Assembly (NCBI GenBank): GCA_016931955.1
Contig: JAFGDV010000044.1
Span: forward strand, 1-26,459
Length of the DNA stretch: 26,459 nt
From: Candidatus Altiarchaeota archaeon
Lineage (GTDB): Archaea; Altiarchaeota; Altiarchaeia; IMC4; QMZM01
Direction: 5' to 3'
A program made the translations under genes and the position numbers. Positions within the stretch are counted from its first letter, which is position 1, and the number at the start of each line of letters is the position of its first letter. The notes under the pieces were generated by a model. That model was not told the origin of the DNA and did no database searches. It saw only the letters and a list, made by a program, of their open reading frames with translations. Positions 24,875-26,459 of the stretch are shown here, piece by piece.

Positions 24875-26459
24875 CGACAAAGACCTCACTAATGATGTTA
24901 ATTTTCATTCTAACACTATCCATTGGGGTTGTGAACGCCCAATGCATAGTCGGAAGCGTCGACACCCCCGGATTTGCTCATGATGTCTTCGTGGTGGGAG
25001 ACATCGCATACGTAGCAGACTATTCTAACGGATTGCAGATAATAAACGTATCCGACCCAACAGACCCACAGATCATCTCCGAATTTAGTGGACCGACTTC
25101 AGCTCTCGGTGTTTTCGTCAAAGACGACATCGCATACGTAGCAGACGATTGGCAGCAAACAGTATATATAATAAACGTAGCCAACCCAGGAAGCCCAGGC
25201 CTCTACAACGCCTATTATACAGGAGGTTATCCCCTAGATGTTTTCGTCAAAGACAACATCGCTTACATAGCAGACGGTCCTGGCGGCTTAAAGATAATAG
25301 GTGTATCCAACCCATGGAGCCCAAACCCCCTTGCAACATATACGCCAAGTGGTACCTTTAATAGTGCTTCTGGTGTTTTCGTCAAAGACAACACCGCCTA
25401 CCTAGCATACCACTATCTCTCCATTGCAGGTTACCCCTCAGGTGGATTAGATTTGGTAAACGTAGCCAACCCAGGAGCCCCAGGCTTTATGGGAGCCTAT
25501 ACAAGCATAGGTCATAATCTTATTACACCCATGAGGGTTTTTGTCAAAGATAATGTCGCCTATTTAACAGATTCTGCACAGGACTTAGCGATAATAGAAA
25601 ATCCAGGACCAGGCGGCGTTCTACACTCTGGCTTATACACCAACTGGCAACTTTTCGTCTCAGGAGACTACCTATTCTTACCACAAACTTCAGAATCAAA
25701 CTTAAAGATAGTAGACGTATCCACTCCAACAAGCCCAACAACCATTGTGGATTTTCCCATAAATAGCCCAATAGATGTTTTCGTTCAAGGAGACTACGCC
25801 TACGTAGCAGCCCTGGGTGACGGTTTAAAGATAATAAACCTAAAGTGTGCAATCCCCATAACGGATCCATGCTATGCCTTCATCATTCCAATGCAAGGTG
25901 GTGTATTTGGGGGTTTGTCGGGGGCGGATGATATTTGCAAAAACGCTGCTGAAGATGCTGACTGGCCTTCTTCTGCGACATGGCATGCCTGGCTGAGCAA
26001 CTCGATTACGGATGCGGCAGACCGGATACCGCACAGCACAGGAGGATATTATCTGCCGGATGGGACAACGATAGCAGATAACTGGAACGACCTCACAGAC
26101 GGAGACATAGACCACGAAATAGACCAGAACATGGAGGGTAATCTCGTGGATACTAGCGAATATGGGTGGCTTGCTGGCGTTTATACTGGAACAAAATCGG
26201 ATGGCACATATTATGGATACGACTGTGATGACTGGACCAATCCTTGGGGTGTGACAATTATGGGGTATATTACCTACACAGATCAAAGATGGACAGACAT
26301 TTCTTCTTTTATTCCTCTTGTTACATGTGAATTTGAGTATGGCATCTACTGCTTCAGCTGTAATGCGAACCCTCCGCCTCACGTCGAAGTCGAAGTCGAA
26401 GCAGACGGCGAAACCTACACCGGAGGAATAACAATCCCAGAAACCATCGGACCAGTAAC
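24871..26459 (+). CDS. Secreted LVIVD-repeat beta-propeller + DUF1554/endostatin-like domain protein, 3' truncated by the window (not in ORF track)
   Basis: Frame open from ATG 24871 to the edge. Signal peptide ending VNA|QC, seven VFV.[DG]..AY.AD-type repeats, then GGLSGADDICKNAA...WHAWLS...YLPDGTTIADNWNDL...VYTGTKSDGT...CDDWT...YCF. Confidence 0.88.
   Translation, partial: MTTKTSLMMLIFILTLSIGVVNAQCIVGSVDTPGFAHDVFVVGDIAYVADYSNGLQIINVSDPTDPQIISEFSGPTSALGVFVKDDIAYVADDWQQTVYIINVANPGSPGLYNAYYTGGYPLDVFVKDNIAYIADGPGGLKIIGVSNPWSPNPLATYTPSGTFNSASGVFVKDNTAYLAYHYLSIAGYPSGGLDLVNVANPGAPGFMGAYTSIGHNLITPMRVFVKDNVAYLTDSAQDLAIIENPGPGGVLHSGLYTNWQLFVSGDYLFLPQTSESNLKIVDVSTPTSPTTIVDFPINSPIDVFVQGDYAYVAALGDGLKIINLKCAIPITDPCYAFIIPMQGGVFGGLSGADDICKNAAEDADWPSSATWHAWLSNSITDAADRIPHSTGGYYLPDGTTIADNWNDLTDGDIDHEIDQNMEGNLVDTSEYGWLAGVYTGTKSDGTYYGYDCDDWTNPWGVTIMGYITYTDQRWTDISSFIPLVTCEFEYGIYCFSCNANPPPHVEVEVEADGETYTGGITIPETIGPV

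Noticed and set aside
24985-25830. Regularly spaced short DNA repeats resembling a CRISPR array
   Set aside because: Repeats are in-frame, degenerate LVIVD blades inside an open ORF with about 125-160 nt period; no cas genes.
25867-26355. C-type-lectin-fold domain as a diversity-generating retroelement target
   Set aside because: No template repeat or reverse transcriptase in the window, and the domain is not C-terminal; cannot be supported.
25149-26382. Listed ORFs 25149-25361, 25544-25870 and 25840-26382
   Set aside because: Alternative-frame or antisense shadows of the LVIVD gene, which the track missed because it has no stop in the window. The same applies to the many short ORFs overlapping lig, ilvC, argS, amr and tyrA.
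24854-26435. 14-bp repeat GGAGGAATAACAAT at 24854 and 26422, both encoding GGITI
   Set aside because: Short, fits the local A-rich codon bias and the first copy doubles as an SD site; no other sign of a mobile boundary.

Overview
Archaeal chromosomal window, judged from Hjc, Rpp21, Lsm-L37e, archaeal-type ATP-dependent DNA ligase and ArgRS, TATA-like divergent promoters and a tRNA without encoded CCA. Amino-acid biosynthesis genes are present (tyrA, ilvC, dapF); an Altiarchaeota-like lineage is only a guess. Most of 8.9-24.2 kb is housekeeping. The standout locus is 1.5-8.6 kb: a tightly coupled operon tatA-tatC-tatA/B-amrS-amrB/A-HTH. The AmmeMemoRadiSam radical SAM enzyme carries a near-perfect twin-arginine signal and the MEMO1-AMMECR1 fusion carries a lipobox. 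A convergent MFS-like membrane protein has a SAM-binding spermidine-synthase-like domain that lacks the catalytic residues and is predicted to face outside. Together these suggest an extracytoplasmic radical-SAM system with its own export route and possibly its own SAM supply. Other notable items: a ~130-bp IS200/IS605-type palindromic mini-element, a structured insert with a diverged duplicate of the tyrA 5' end, an alpha-SNAP-like repeat protein next to a MoxR ATPase, an orphan PqqD/RRE protein, and a secreted LVIVD propeller plus endostatin-like protein running off the right edge. Three real genes missing from the ORF track (second tatA/B, rpl37e, LVIVD protein) were translated by hand. All family assignments are by motif recognition, not database search.
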